Source: Candidatus Poribacteria bacterium
GTDB lineage: Bacteria > Poribacteria > WGA-4E > WGA-3G
Direction: 5' to 3'
DNA length: 64,000 nucleotides
Assembly: GCA_965219695.1 (NCBI GenBank)
Contig: CBDCOJ010000032.1
Span: forward strand, 517,747 to 581,746
Part shown: piece after piece, positions 8,512 to 19,800 of the stretch
How the letters are laid out: the number at the start of each line of letters is the position of its first letter
How positions within the stretch are numbered: the first letter of the stretch is position 1
Notes under the pieces: model-generated
Told to the model about the DNA's origin: nothing
What the model saw: only the letters and a program-made list of their open reading frames with translations
Databases searched by the model: none
Program-made: the position numbers and the translations under genes

Positions 8512-9774
8512 ATGGACAGAAACATCCAAAACATGATCCAATCAAAAGCCAAAAAAGCAAAAGCAGCAATGCGCGTTTTATCGCGCAGCTCCGCCGATAT
8601 TCGAAACAACGCGCTTTTAGCAATGGCAGAAAACATCCTTAAAGCAAAAGACGATATTCAGGAAGTAAACCGCTTTGACCTTGAAAACGGTAAAAAAACA
8701 GAACTTGCTGCACCGCTCATGCAGCGTCTCCTAATTGACGACCAAAAAATTGAGCGAATGGCGGACAACTTACGCCAAGTTGCAGCACTACCGGACCCCA
8801 TCGGTGAAGTCATAAGTATGGGGGAACGTCCCAACGGACTCAAAATCGGCACAGTGCGTGTCCCTATCGGTGTTGTCGGCGTGGTGTACGAGTCGCGTCC
8901 CGATGTAACAGTTGAGGTGTCGGCACTCTGCATCAAATCTGGAAACGGGGTTATTTTGCGAGGTGGTTCCGAAGCGATTCATTCTAACACGATACTCGCT
9001 CGCATCCTCAGCGATACCGCAGCAGCTGAAGGTGTACCAGATGCCATTCAGTTTGTTGATACCACTGACCGACAGGCAGTTTATGAACTCATCCGTCTAC
9101 CTGAATATATTGACCTTGTTATTCCGCGTGGCAGTAACGAATTCGTCCAATTTTTAATGCGGGAATCGGATATACCAGTGCTTGGACATGCTGATGGTAT
9201 CTGCCATATCTATGTTGACGAAGCCGCTGACCTTGAGATGGCAACTAAACTTTGCATGAATGCAAAAGTAGGGTATAAAGTCGGTGTTTGTAATGCTGTG
9301 GAAACTTTATTGGTTCACGAAGTAGTTGCTGAAGAATATCTACCTGTTATCTGCGATGCGTTGCAAGATGCTGAAGTTGAAATCCGCGGATGTGATCGGA
9401 CGCAGCAGATTTACGCCGCTGCGAAACCTGCGACCGAAGAAGATTGGCGTACAGAATACCTTGATTACATCTTGTCAATCCGAGTCGTTGATAGCATGAA
9501 CACAGCCATAGACCATATTGAGACGTACGGTTCACATCATTCAGATGCTATTATTACAGAAAGTTACAGCGCAGCAGAACGTTTCCTCAAAGAGGTTGAT
9601 TCTGCTGCTGTCTACGTCAACGCCAGCACCGTTTTTACCGATGGCTATGAATTTGGGTTAGGGGCAGAAGTTGGCATTAGCACGCAAAAACTCCATTCTC
9701 GCGGCCCAATGGGACTTGAAGGTTTGACGAGTTACAAGTATATTATCTATGGGGATGGTCAGGTGCGTGAGTAG
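8512..9774 (+). CDS. proA: gamma-glutamyl phosphate reductase
   Basis: 420-aa protein of the aldehyde-dehydrogenase fold, with ProA-typical segments (VPIGVVGVVYESRPDV, catalytic Cys in GVCNAVETLLVH). Confidence 0.9.
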   Translation: MDRNIQNMIQSKAKKAKAAMRVLSRSSADIRNNALLAMAENILKAKDDIQEVNRFDLENGKKTELAAPLMQRLLIDDQKIERMADNLRQVAALPDPIGEVISMGERPNGLKIGTVRVPIGVVGVVYESRPDVTVEVSALCIKSGNGVILRGGSEAIHSNTILARILSDTAAAEGVPDAIQFVDTTDRQAVYELIRLPEYIDLVIPRGSNEFVQFLMRESDIPVLGHADGICHIYVDEAADLEMATKLCMNAKVGYKVGVCNAVETLLVHEVVAEEYLPVICDALQDAEVEIRGCDRTQQIYAAAKPATEEDWRTEYLDYILSIRVVDSMNTAIDHIETYGSHHSDAIITESYSAAERFLKEVDSAAVYVNASTVFTDGYEFGLGAEVGISTQKLHSRGPMGLEGLTSYKYIIYGDGQVRE

Positions 9775-9822
9775 GAGCGGATAAAACTGAGAACGTAATT
9801 TCAAGCACTCTTAAATATAGAC

Positions 9823-10674
9823 TCATCGACGCCGTCTCCGTTTTTGGGGGCGGGGTGCTACTGTTTCAGGTTCTGGAGTTTCGGATTCAATACCCACCTC
9901 CACTCTTGGTCGCTTGGACATCCACACCATAAAATAGATTCCAAAACAGAACAGGATAATACTGACAAGCTGCGGTGATGTCAACCACGACAAAGACGAC
10001 GTTTCAGGAAACACACGCGGTGTCAACCGCCAAAATTCTACGATAAATCTCTCCACGGCAAGCAGGACAAGACTTGCACCAAAGAGTAACCCTGGGATTG
10101 CCGCAAATTTTTTGCGTTGTGACCAGAGGATACCGAAGAACATAAATGAAATCAGGGTTTCATAGATAGGTGTCGGGTGAACAGGGACGTTTGTTGGAAC
10201 GGTGCCCTTTGGAAATGCCATTGCCCACGGCACATCGGAAGGCGGTCCGTAATCGCCATCACCTGCAAGCAAGCACCCAATGCGTCCAATACCATACCCA
10301 AGTAATAGGAGCGGTCCGATAACGTCAACAGTCGGAAGAAAAGGATTGGGCGAGCGATGGATAACCCAACTAATTGTCGCACTGCCACCGATTAATCCAC
10401 CATACCAGACTAATCCGGCCGGACTAAAGAGATCGCTTATTGAAAAATGTTCTACGATGAACAGTACATAATAGATTTTTGCGCCGAGTATCCCACCGAT
10501 AGCACCTGCAGCGACGATAGCAGTAGCTACCTCTCCTTGAAAACCCCTACGATTCAATTCACGTTGTATCATCACACTACATGTAATGAATGCAGTGGCT
10601 AACATAACGCCGTAGCTATGAATACCGATGGGAATAGAAAAGATCGTTCCCAAATCAATAAGCGTGGGATACAT
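9823..10674 (-). CDS. lgt: prolipoprotein diacylglyceryl transferase
   Basis: 283-aa polytopic membrane protein carrying the Lgt signature HPTPIYETL. C-terminal basic tail. Confidence 0.8.
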   Translation of the reverse strand: MYPTLIDLGTIFSIPIGIHSYGVMLATAFITCSVMIQRELNRRGFQGEVATAIVAAGAIGGILGAKIYYVLFIVEHFSISDLFSPAGLVWYGGLIGGSATISWVIHRSPNPFLPTVDVIGPLLLLGYGIGRIGCLLAGDGDYGPPSDVPWAMAFPKGTVPTNVPVHPTPIYETLISFMFFGILWSQRKKFAAIPGLLFGASLVLLAVERFIVEFWRLTPRVFPETSSLSWLTSPQLVSIILFCFGIYFMVWMSKRPRVEVGIESETPEPETVAPRPQKRRRRR

Positions 10675-10679
10675 CTATA

Positions 10680-11387
10680 TTATTCTCCAAGATACGCTTG
10701 TCTCACCCGCTCATCTGCCAAGAGATCGGTAGAAGCACCTTCAATTGTTATTTCACCTGTTTCCATCACATACCCTCTATTTGTTACGTTCAAAGCAAGT
10801 TGTGCGTTCTGTTCAACTAAGAGAATTGTTGTTCCCTCTTCATTAATTTGCTGGATAATTTCAAAAATCTGTTTGACAATAAGCGGCGCAAGCCCTAAAG
10901 AAGGTTCATCCAAAAGTAGAAGTCTTGGATTTGACATAAGTGAGCGTCCAATTGCTAACATCTGTTGCTCACCACCGCTAAGGCTGCCGCCTCGCTGTTT
11001 CCGTCGCTCCGCCAACACAGGAAAATAATCGAAAATTCTATTTAAATCCGATTTTATTCCCGTAGAATCATTTCTTATATAAGCACCGAGTTCAAGGTTT
11101 TCTAGTACCGTCATATCAGGAAAAATTAGACGGCCTTCAGGCACCTGAGAAATACCGAGGGCGACTCGCTGCTCTGCTGAAGTCGTTGTAATATCTTCAT
11201 CTTCAAAATATATACTTCCCTCTGCCGGTACGTGAACACCAGAAACGGTCATGAGTGTGGTAGATTTGCCCGCACCATTTGCGCCAATCATACACACCTT
11301 TTCGCCAGCGTTAACCTCAATTGAAATCCCGCGCACCGCGCGGATATTCCCATAATACGTATGAATGTCTCTAAGTTCAAGCATCAT
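10680..11387 (-). CDS. livF: ABC transporter ATP-binding protein, LivF-like (branched-chain amino acid type)
   Basis: Walker A GANGAGKST, signature LSGGEQQ, Walker B LLLDEP. About 235 aa, typical of LivF. Confidence 0.8.
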   Translation of the reverse strand: MMLELRDIHTYYGNIRAVRGISIEVNAGEKVCMIGANGAGKSTTLMTVSGVHVPAEGSIYFEDEDITTTSAEQRVALGISQVPEGRLIFPDMTVLENLELGAYIRNDSTGIKSDLNRIFDYFPVLAERRKQRGGSLSGGEQQMLAIGRSLMSNPRLLLLDEPSLGLAPLIVKQIFEIIQQINEEGTTILLVEQNAQLALNVTNRGYVMETGEITIEGASTDLLADERVRQAYLGE

Positions 11388-12165
11388 CAGATGTTCCTAA
11401 ATATGCTGCAATAACACGTTCATCGTTTTGCACATCTACGGGTTGCCCCTCGCTAATTTTTTCGCCATGGTCCAACACAGTAACCCAATCGGAAATTTGC
11501 ATCACCACTTTCATATCATGTTCAATCAGTAGGACAGAGATTCCCCGTTCGCGGATGGTATAAATCAGTGAAATAAGATCACGTGTTTCTTGCGGATTCA
11601 TACCTGCAGCGGGTTCGTCGAGGAGAAGAAGTAAAGGTTTTGTCGCCATCGCTCTGGCGATCTCAACGCGGCGTTGGTCTCCATAGGATAGATTTCCTGC
11701 TGTCTGATTACTAACGTCTGCTAATCCGACAAATTTTAGCATCTCCTCGGCGTATTCTTTAATTTCCTTTTCTTCTCGTTGTTGTCTCTTGGTTCGAAAT
11801 ACCGCGCCTACAAAGGTAGCAGAGGTACGCGGGTGCCTCCCGATTTTGACGTTATCCAGCACCGTCAGTTCGGTGAAAAGTCTTATATTCTGAAACGTCC
11901 TCGCAACACCAAGTCCTGTAACCTCATCCGGACGTAAACCTGTAATTTGTTTCCCCAAAAAATTAACTTTACCCAACGTGGGTTTATCTAATCCGGTAAC
12001 ACAGTTGAACAGTGTTGTTTTCCCCGCACCGTTGGGGCCTATCAAACTGGAAATTTGTCCAGCACGCACCTGAACTGTAACTTTAGATAATGCTATGACA
12101 CCGCCGTAATGTCGACTCAATTCCCGTGTTTCAAGGATGTTTATAGGTTCATTTGCCATCTTCAT
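11377..12165 (-). CDS. livG: ABC transporter ATP-binding protein, LivG-like
   Basis: Walker A GPNGAGKTT, signature LSYGDQRR, LLLLDEPAAG. Overlaps the downstream ATPase by 11 nt. Confidence 0.8.
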   Translation of the reverse strand: MKMANEPINILETRELSRHYGGVIALSKVTVQVRAGQISSLIGPNGAGKTTLFNCVTGLDKPTLGKVNFLGKQITGLRPDEVTGLGVARTFQNIRLFTELTVLDNVKIGRHPRTSATFVGAVFRTKRQQREEKEIKEYAEEMLKFVGLADVSNQTAGNLSYGDQRRVEIARAMATKPLLLLLDEPAAGMNPQETRDLISLIYTIRERGISVLLIEHDMKVVMQISDWVTVLDHGEKISEGQPVDVQNDERVIAAYLGTSDDA

Positions 12166-12425
12166 CTCTCCTGATACAATTATCTCTTTAAATAAGATAC
12201 CTTAAAAAGCACGAAAGTGTCAACTGATTTCTATACCGCAATTATTGAATCCATGAAATCAAATTGGACGGGTTGGGATTTTAGCCTCTTTTCGATTGAA
12301 AAAATTGCTAATATGTGTTACATTATTTGTAAAATAAAAGACATTGTAAATTTTCTGGAACTGAAATTTCTATTTTGTAAATTCCAGTTTTAAATTAATA
12401 TCGTTGAAGAATTCTTGCTGTCAGT

Positions 12426-13394
12426 ATGTCTCATTCAACCGAAACAAATGAAAAAAAACATCGGGAATACTTGTTTGCGCTTGCTTCAATTAAAGAAATT
12501 GGTGCGGTACGCCTCAAACGTTTGTTAACACGGTTTGGTAGTGTTGAGCGCATTTTTGATGCGGAGCTGGTTGAAATAGCACAGTTGCCACACTTCAATC
12601 CGATCTTAGCATCACGGATACTGACTGTACGCAATAGGTTTGCCGAATTGCGTCAGAAATTAGAGGCACTAAATAACCAAGGTATAGAAGTTATCTTTCC
12701 AGAAGATGCTGAATATCCTGCCGTTTTGAAATCAGTGCCAGACGCGCCAACAGTCCTTTGCAGAATCGGTGAATTATCTGAGATGAATGAACAGTGCGTT
12801 GCAATTGTGGGAAGCAACCGTCCGACAGTTGACAGTATTAATGTAACACTTGGACTTTCAATCCGCTTAGCTGAAGCAGGTTTTACAATAGTGAGCGGAC
12901 TTGCAAGTGGTATAGATACGAATGCACATTACGGCGCGTTAGGCGTAAATGGAACAACTATTGGTGTTGTATCAACTGATCTCTCGTCTATCTATCCGCC
13001 TGAAAATCATGAACTTGCTATGAAAATATGTGAAACCGGATATGTTTTTTCAGAACACCCGTTTCCTGCCTCACCGACACCTGCGAATCTTGTTTTACGC
13101 AATCGGATTATCAGTGGACTTTCTAAGGCAATAGTGGTAGTTGAAACCTCCAAAGAAGGAGGGGCAATGCACACTGCACGATACGCGCAACTACAAGACC
13201 GCCCTGTTTTGGCATGTCAGTGGAACTCACACAGTCAACATAGCGAAGGAACACGTCAACTCATTAGAAGTGGTGCTTTGCCTTTTTTACCCGACCAACT
13301 TGATACAGTTGTTGATATACTAACGCACCCCGAACGTCTTCAAAACCACATTATTGGAACCTCAATTGAACAGATGACACTCTTTGAACATTAG
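12426..13394 (+). CDS. dprA: DNA-processing protein DprA (Smf)
   Basis: Rossmann-like DprA core (VAIVGSNRPT...IVSGLASGIDTNAH...GAMHTARYAQ), 322 aa. Confidence 0.8.
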   Translation: MSHSTETNEKKHREYLFALASIKEIGAVRLKRLLTRFGSVERIFDAELVEIAQLPHFNPILASRILTVRNRFAELRQKLEALNNQGIEVIFPEDAEYPAVLKSVPDAPTVLCRIGELSEMNEQCVAIVGSNRPTVDSINVTLGLSIRLAEAGFTIVSGLASGIDTNAHYGALGVNGTTIGVVSTDLSSIYPPENHELAMKICETGYVFSEHPFPASPTPANLVLRNRIISGLSKAIVVVETSKEGGAMHTARYAQLQDRPVLACQWNSHSQHSEGTRQLIRSGALPFLPDQLDTVVDILTHPERLQNHIIGTSIEQMTLFEH

Positions 13395-13908
13395 AAAAGC
13401 TAAATATCTCCAAATTTGCAAGATTTTAATGGATAATGTGTCATTTTTACTTGATATACGTTTTAATTTATGTTAATCTATAGCAAATTTATTAAAATTT
13501 TGATTTTCGCTTTACAAAAAAAACAAAATTTTGTATAATAATCAGCGAAAATCGATTTTTACCTTTACAGATTTTGCAAATTTTGCTAAACTTGAAGGTA
13601 CAGAATTTGGGTGTTGACTTTCGGAACTGAAAACAACCTATCCAATGGTATTAAGTTAAAAGGTGACGGTTCCACAGAAAGTTTTATCCTCAAAGCGTCG
13701 CCTATCCTCTGGACTCTGCGGAGGAAGGGCAAACGAAATAGTCTGAAGATTACTTGACTTAACATGGGCATGATGGCAGGTCCGGCACTATCGTAGAAAT
13801 TAACATATAACGACACGGAAATGTCATCTATATATGAAGTTTTTAATCTGTGCCCGATTTTCGGGTACCTTACATTCTGATAAACCTTAATTAAGGAGTT
13901 ACCTACTC

Positions 13909-14568
13909 ATGAAACTTTTTTTTAGAACCTTGGCAATAGTCATGGCAGCCTTGTTTGCCGTTTATATGGTCGGTTGTGGTGATGGGGAGACTGACCCCGA
14001 ACCTGAAGCTGCAGCGTTTGTAAGTGCTACACCCGCAAGTGGTGGTGAGCTCGCAGCAAACGGTACTATCAGTGTCACATTTGACAACAACCCGGGTGAA
14101 GTCACAGTAACTGGAGGCGGTACAGTCTCAACATCTGGTAAAACTCGGAATATCTCACCCCCCGCGGCTGGATATCCTGCTGGTGCCCTTGCTATTACAT
14201 TAACCTGGGTAAACGGTGATGGTAGCCATACACTAAACTATACCGTCGTCGCAGCAGATGAAGCCGCGCCGGAAGTCACAGGTAGTAATCCTAAAGATGG
14301 TGCTGAAGGCGTTGATCCCGCGAAGGTGTTTGAAGATGGTATAGAAGTTACCTTCAACGAACCCGTCACCGGAGATCTTATGCTGATGGATGGCGATGAT
14401 GATGTTGGTTGGACATCCAATGCGGATGGCAACAAAATCATGCTACAAGGAAATGCCGGCCAAGAACTCAGCAACGAAACCGAGTACGAAATTGCAGGTA
14501 CGGTCTCAGACGGTGCTGGAAACGAAGCCGAAATTAGCCTTACTTTTGTTACTAAAGCTAAAGAGTAA
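13909..14568 (+). CDS. lipoprotein with Ig-like (SbsA/Big_5-type) domains
   Basis: Signal peptide plus lipobox MVGCGD. Two beta-rich repeats of the form 'PA/GS...I.VTF..PV' are followed by an intrinsic terminator. Confidence 0.5.
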   Translation: MKLFFRTLAIVMAALFAVYMVGCGDGETDPEPEAAAFVSATPASGGELAANGTISVTFDNNPGEVTVTGGGTVSTSGKTRNISPPAAGYPAGALAITLTWVNGDGSHTLNYTVVAADEAAPEVTGSNPKDGAEGVDPAKVFEDGIEVTFNEPVTGDLMLMDGDDDVGWTSNADGNKIMLQGNAGQELSNETEYEIAGTVSDGAGNEAEISLTFVTKAKE

Positions 14569-14589
14569 ATTTCTGACTATTTCGATTAA

Positions 14590-14628
14590 AAGGACAGCGT
14601 ATCTTAGATACGCTGTCCTTTTTTATGG
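14590..14628 (+). terminator. rho-independent terminator (aaaggacagcgtatc-ttag-atacgctgtccttttttatgg)
   Basis: A perfect 13-bp stem followed by a T-run, 20 nt after the stop at 14568. Confidence 0.8.
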
Positions 14629-14888
14629 ATGCAAGCTTTGAAGTAGAATAACAAATGGGTATGTAAAGTTTTTTTCAAAGTTAACACACTCCAGATTGTA
14701 GGAACCACCCTACAGTAAAAAACGCAATGACCCCTTTGCAAATTGAATCAAAGTGACAATATATTACACCCCCTTACAAGTCACTTTTTTTAACACAAAT
14801 AATCAATATATGCTATAATGTTTGAAGAAAATTGAACGGTTTTTGAAATAGCGTTGTCTAACATATAGAAGCCAAAGGAGATTTTTTC

Positions 14889-15476
14889 GTGGAAAGGACT
14901 GAAGCCTTACTCATTGACCATCTTCGTGAAGGAGATGAAACAGCATTAGCACCGTTGGTTGAAAAATATAAACGAATGGTGCACCGTCTCGCGATGCAAA
15001 TCACCAAAAATTACGAGGATGCTAATGATGTAATGCAGGAAACCTTTATAAAGGTGTATCAGTCAATTCATACCTTTCGGCAAGAGGCAGCTTTTGAAAC
15101 CTGGGTGTATAAAATAGCTGTCAATGAGGCACTCAATTTCGTCAAACGGCGCAAACGTCGTCGTGAATCTCCGCTTGTTACTACAGATGAATCCGAATTT
15201 CATTCAGATGTGCGACAAAAAGCAGAGATGGCGAGTGATCCACAAATACAAGCGGAGAAAGCTGAACTACGGCACTGGGTAACGAAGGCGGTCAACAGTC
15301 TCTCACTTAAACATCGGATTGTAGTTATTCTTCATGAATTAGAAGGGTTAACGCATCCCGAAATAGCGTCAATATTAAATTGTTCCGAGGGGACAGTCCG
15401 ATCACGTTTACACTATGCCCGAAAACATCTCAGAACGTTGTTAAAACCGTATGTTGATGCAAACTCCGATTTTTAA
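14889..15476 (+). CDS. ECF (sigma-70 family, group 4) RNA polymerase sigma factor
   Basis: Region 2 (ETFIKVYQSI..FETWVYKIAVNEALN) and region 4 (LEGLTHPEIASILNCSEGTVRSRLHYARKHL) are recognisable. GTG start. Confidence 0.85.
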   Translation: MERTEALLIDHLREGDETALAPLVEKYKRMVHRLAMQITKNYEDANDVMQETFIKVYQSIHTFRQEAAFETWVYKIAVNEALNFVKRRKRRRESPLVTTDESEFHSDVRQKAEMASDPQIQAEKAELRHWVTKAVNSLSLKHRIVVILHELEGLTHPEIASILNCSEGTVRSRLHYARKHLRTLLKPYVDANSDF

Positions 15477-15581
15477 CACGTTTTCCCACTATTGTCGGTA
15501 AAATTGAATAAATTAGGACTTACGCAATTTTCGATATTTTTGCAATAATTATGGTCAGAATGGCGTAATTTTTAGCAGAAT

Positions 15582-15602
15582 TTTAACTTACCGGCGCGTT
15601 TA
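15582..15602. repeat. family A palindromic repeat copy (ggcgcgtttacaaaacgcgcc)
   Basis: A perfect 9-bp stem with an aca loop, located between the ECF sigma and anti-sigma genes. Identical to the copies at 23123 and 23170. Confidence 0.8.
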
Positions 15603-15706
15603 CAAAACGCGCCTACCATTCGTGCGTAAGCCCTATAAATGTTTAAAAAATTCTTGTGGGAGCGGTTTCCAATAAGTGTAACAAAACGAGGAAACCGGCA
15701 AAAATT

Positions 15707-16645
15707 ATGAAACTGAAATGTAACGCTATACAACGTTTTATATCAGACTACATAGATGATACGCTTTCAGCACGCGACACTGCAAAGGTTGAAGCACATC
15801 TCCAGTTTTGTTTAGTATGTCAACATGAAGTCAATGCTCTCAAAAAGACGCGTGATCTTGTTGTTGATTTTTATGTTGAACCCGAGACACCTGATAGTTA
15901 TTTTCATCAATTTGAGGTAGAATTGCACCGTTGTATTGAAAATAAGGGGCCTATCCCGCTAAACCAGCGACTAAAGACCTCGTTGTTGCAGTTTACTTGG
16001 TCTTTGCTAACGCAACTTCGTCAAAGTTTTGGGCGATATAGCTTCATCAGGATGAATGCGTTACCGTTAGGTGTGCTTTTAGTGTTAATAACTACAGGAT
16101 TTATGGTAACGCATCTACTGAAACAGGAAGTTTCACCACCGCCTAAGGTATATCTACAACAGGGAGGTGAAGCAGCTCTATCCAATGAATCAGTTACTGT
16201 CAACGCAAAATCAAAGTTGCGGCAAGGCATTTACAATGATCGTAAAACCAAACGGAAGACACCTGAAGAAGTTAGTTCACCAACTCTCGCAGCAGATGCA
16301 GAGAAAGTAGGCTATTGGAAATTGACAGAGCCTTTAACTACTGAAACCGAAGGGCATATTATTGTTATGCATATCAGTAATGATCGTTCTGTTCCGAGTG
16401 AAGCGGCTGATTCTGAACTGATTGTTTATGCACAACCTGACATCTTAAGCAGGGAATCACCTTTACAAGAGGATAATTATGCCGCGCTTCCGTTGGAACT
16501 TCAAGTTGCCCCCTTTTCAGAGAAATACCAGCGAAAGCACCTTAAATTACCACGGTTTGTCAACAAATTCATGAACGTATCTTCAGAAAACGTATCTTCA
16601 GAAGTACTTACTATGCCAGAGCTCTACGACTTAAGTAAATTGTAA
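15707..16645 (+). CDS. putative zinc-finger anti-sigma factor (membrane-spanning)
   Basis: It lies immediately downstream of the ECF sigma gene. N-terminus HLQFCLVCQHE (HxxxCxxC zinc-finger anti-sigma motif), a central TM helix (LPLGVLLVLITTGFMV) and an extracytoplasmic tail. The start is taken at the internal ATG; the track ORF begins at 15656. Confidence 0.55.
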   Translation: MKLKCNAIQRFISDYIDDTLSARDTAKVEAHLQFCLVCQHEVNALKKTRDLVVDFYVEPETPDSYFHQFEVELHRCIENKGPIPLNQRLKTSLLQFTWSLLTQLRQSFGRYSFIRMNALPLGVLLVLITTGFMVTHLLKQEVSPPPKVYLQQGGEAALSNESVTVNAKSKLRQGIYNDRKTKRKTPEEVSSPTLAADAEKVGYWKLTEPLTTETEGHIIVMHISNDRSVPSEAADSELIVYAQPDILSRESPLQEDNYAALPLELQVAPFSEKYQRKHLKLPRFVNKFMNVSSENVSSEVLTMPELYDLSKL

Positions 16646-16825
16646 CTACTTTCAAATCAAACGAAGTGTTTTGATACTTCATAATATAGTCTTGATGTGC
16701 TATCAAGACAGATTTACAAAAGACAGGGCGGTTATTGTATTCCGTCCATATTTTGAAAAATCAATGGGCGGAAGATTTTCTTAGTTCCCCCAACTTTTCT
16801 TTATCTATATCCAAAGGAGAATGTA

Positions 16826-19800
16826 ATGAATCCAAGAATTTTGGGCATTATTGGTGGTCTCGCCCTTATCGTTGCTCTACTCTCGCCTTTTATGATGGGA
16901 AGTTCTAAAAAGGTAGAGCGACTCTATTTATCTGCTAAAGGACTATATGAACAAGCAGATTATGAAGGGGCGATAGCCAAGTATACTGAGGCACTTGAAG
17001 AGTCGACAAAACGCGGTGTGAAAACCGAAGTGATTGACAAAGATTTTACGACGCTTGCTAATTTTCAAATTGCTGTTTCTTATTCTCGCCTTGCTGAGCA
17101 GACAGGTGATGTTAACCACTATGATACAGCGCTTGAGTATATTGAAAAAGTGGCTCCTAACGCTACTATAGCTAAACATCAAGAAGGGTTAACATACCTC
17201 TGGGGACATATTCTATATAGAACGGAACAGTATGAACTTGCTGAAGCAAAGTTCACACAGTTGATTGATAATTTCCCTAACAGTCTACAAGTAGAGAACG
17301 CGTGGTATGCTATCGGTCAATTGAACTATAAGTTAGGAAATTACGAGAGTTCTCGAACCGCTTTTAACAATATTCTTGTCGGTTTTCCTAACTCTGAATT
17401 CAAGGATGACGCGCAGCTTCTCATCGCTCAATCCTTCCTTGACGAAAGCAATTACGAACAAGCTTACCCGGAATTTGATAAATTTGCCACTGATGAGTTT
17501 AAGAATTTTCCAGAACTGCATGCCGAAGCGATGTATAAAGCCGCTTTCTGTTTGAATCAACTTAATAGAGACGATGAAGCGATCAGTCGTTATACAAACT
17601 TCATTACACAATTTCCAGAACATCAGCTTGTTACGGCGGCATATTTCGACCAAGGCCATATTTATGCTAAACAGAAAGACTATGACAATGCACGCGTTAA
17701 CTTTGAGTTAGCACTCCAAAATACAGCAGACCGTGGCCTCCAATCCGAAATTCAGTTTGCCATTGGGGAAACATACTTTGATCAAGCTGACTATGAAAAC
17801 GCGATTGTATCTTACACAAAACTGTTAGACGAATATCCAGAGAGTGCATTCATCGGTGATGCAAAACTCGGTGTAGCCGACAGTCAGTTCCGATTGGATC
17901 GTTGGAGTGATGCTATCACTTCATATCAATCGGTTATTGAACACGAAAAAAGTGAAATGCAATCCGAAGAAGGTTCTGAACTCAGTTTAACACCTTATTG
18001 CTCTTTACAAGTTGGCGAAGCATTTTACAAACTTGGAACTAATCAACGCGATGCTGGTCAGATGCAGGAAGCGGATGCAACGCTTGAACTCGCGTTAGAA
18101 TGGTACCTGAAAACCGTTGACGATTTTCCGGAAAACCCTGTTGTGCCGCATGCATTATATGGTGCAATCTGGACATTGAATGACTTGGGACGCAAGGAAG
18201 AATTGGAGAAAATTGCGAGCGAGTTTATTGAAAAAAATCGTAACGATAACGAGTTTGATATCCTTGCTGCAGAGGTACAACTCCGCTTTGCTGACATAAA
18301 ACGCACCGAATTTAAGCAATATGTTGAAGCCGCAGAAGAATACGCTCAATTGTGGGAATACCGTCCACTTCCCAAATTCCATCTTATCAAGTTAATGGGC
18401 AAATTCTTTGAAGGTCGTTCCTACTATGAAGCCGCAAAACCTGAAGGTTATCAAGAAGGCGATACTACCACAAATTTCAATGCGGAATATCTCCAAAAAT
18501 CTGTTGGGGCATACCAAGACGCTATCAACATGTTTTCTGATGAATCTTTTCGTCCTGGCATTGAAGAAGGACGCTACCAAGACTTCTCAGAACGTATTGC
18601 ACAGGTTGAAGCATGTCTCATGAACGAAGCACTCTCACACGAGATGCTCGGGGCATGGGATATAGCGCGACAACGCTACGCTATGATTCCTGAAGCCAGT
18701 AACTACTATGAACGTGCACTTTTGCTCACCGCAAACAGTTATGTAAGGCAGGGGGACAAATCCCAAGCTATCACTTATTACAATTCAATAATGTCAAAAC
18801 TTGCAGACAAAAACAATCTTTCATTGGCAGAGATTAAGCTTGCAGATCTGCTGCGTGCTGAAGAACGGTTTGAAGAAGCGGCAGCCGAATACCAAGATGT
18901 TGTTGATGGTAACCCAACAGGTGAATATGCAGATGATGCGTTGTACTTTGTAGGTCTTTGCTACTATCATGCTTCATCGGAGAAACCTGAGCTTATTGAA
19001 AAAGCTGCAGAGGCTTTCAATAAGGTTGTGATGGAATACGCGGATAGTCCAAACGCCATTGAAGCCTATTATGGCTTGGCACTTGTTTACCAAGATGCTG
19101 CTAAAAAACATGGTGATACGACGAAGTGGTCCCTTATCGTTCAGACGGCAGACGCAGCAACCGAAAAATTCGCTGACAGTAGTGAAGAGTTGGTTCTCCA
19201 AACACTCGGACAAATTGATCTCATCAAAGCAACAGCCCTTGAAAACATAAACGCTGATGATATTGAAGGTCTTGTCGCGAGTCTACAGCAAGTTGTTAAT
19301 AACTCTGGAGCACGCGAAGATGCTCGCATCCGATCACAGCTTAAGATTGGGCATACTTACTACAGTAAAGAGCGTTTTGAAGAAGCTCTCGCTGCGTATA
19401 AATTATTCGTCGAAAAATTTCCGAATAGCGAAATTGCACCAACTGCACAATTTCAATCTGCTGTCTGTTATTACCAGATAGCCCAGAAGGCTAAAGATGC
19501 CGATGCAGCACAACTCGCGTATACCAATGCTGCCAGTGAAGCAGAGAAGGTTACCGAAATGACGGATAACGTTGATAACCTCATTAGCGCAAATTATACG
19601 CTCGGTTTATCAAAATTTGGGCTAAAGGATACGCAAGGTGCAATTGATGCCTTCAAGCAGGTCACTTCCTTTGAAGGTCAAACCGAGGACGAAAATCGCA
19701 AAAATCTCATCTCTCAAGCACACTCGCGACTTGCTGAATTATTCAGCAATGTTGGCAATCATGAGGACGCTGTGAAAGAGTATCAGTACATTATCGCTAA

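Noticed and set aside
13600-13800. Candidate SRP RNA, RNase P RNA or 6S RNA (contains caggtccgg and ggaggaaggg)
   Set aside because: The matches to SRP helix-8 or RNase P P4 consensus are too short and wrongly spaced. No convincing secondary structure could be traced by eye. Retained only as a low-confidence 'possible ncRNA' finding.
13586-13816. 76-aa ORF on the minus strand in the long dprA-downstream spacer
   Set aside because: No RBS and no conservation signal, and it lies in a likely regulatory or RNA region. Probably spurious.
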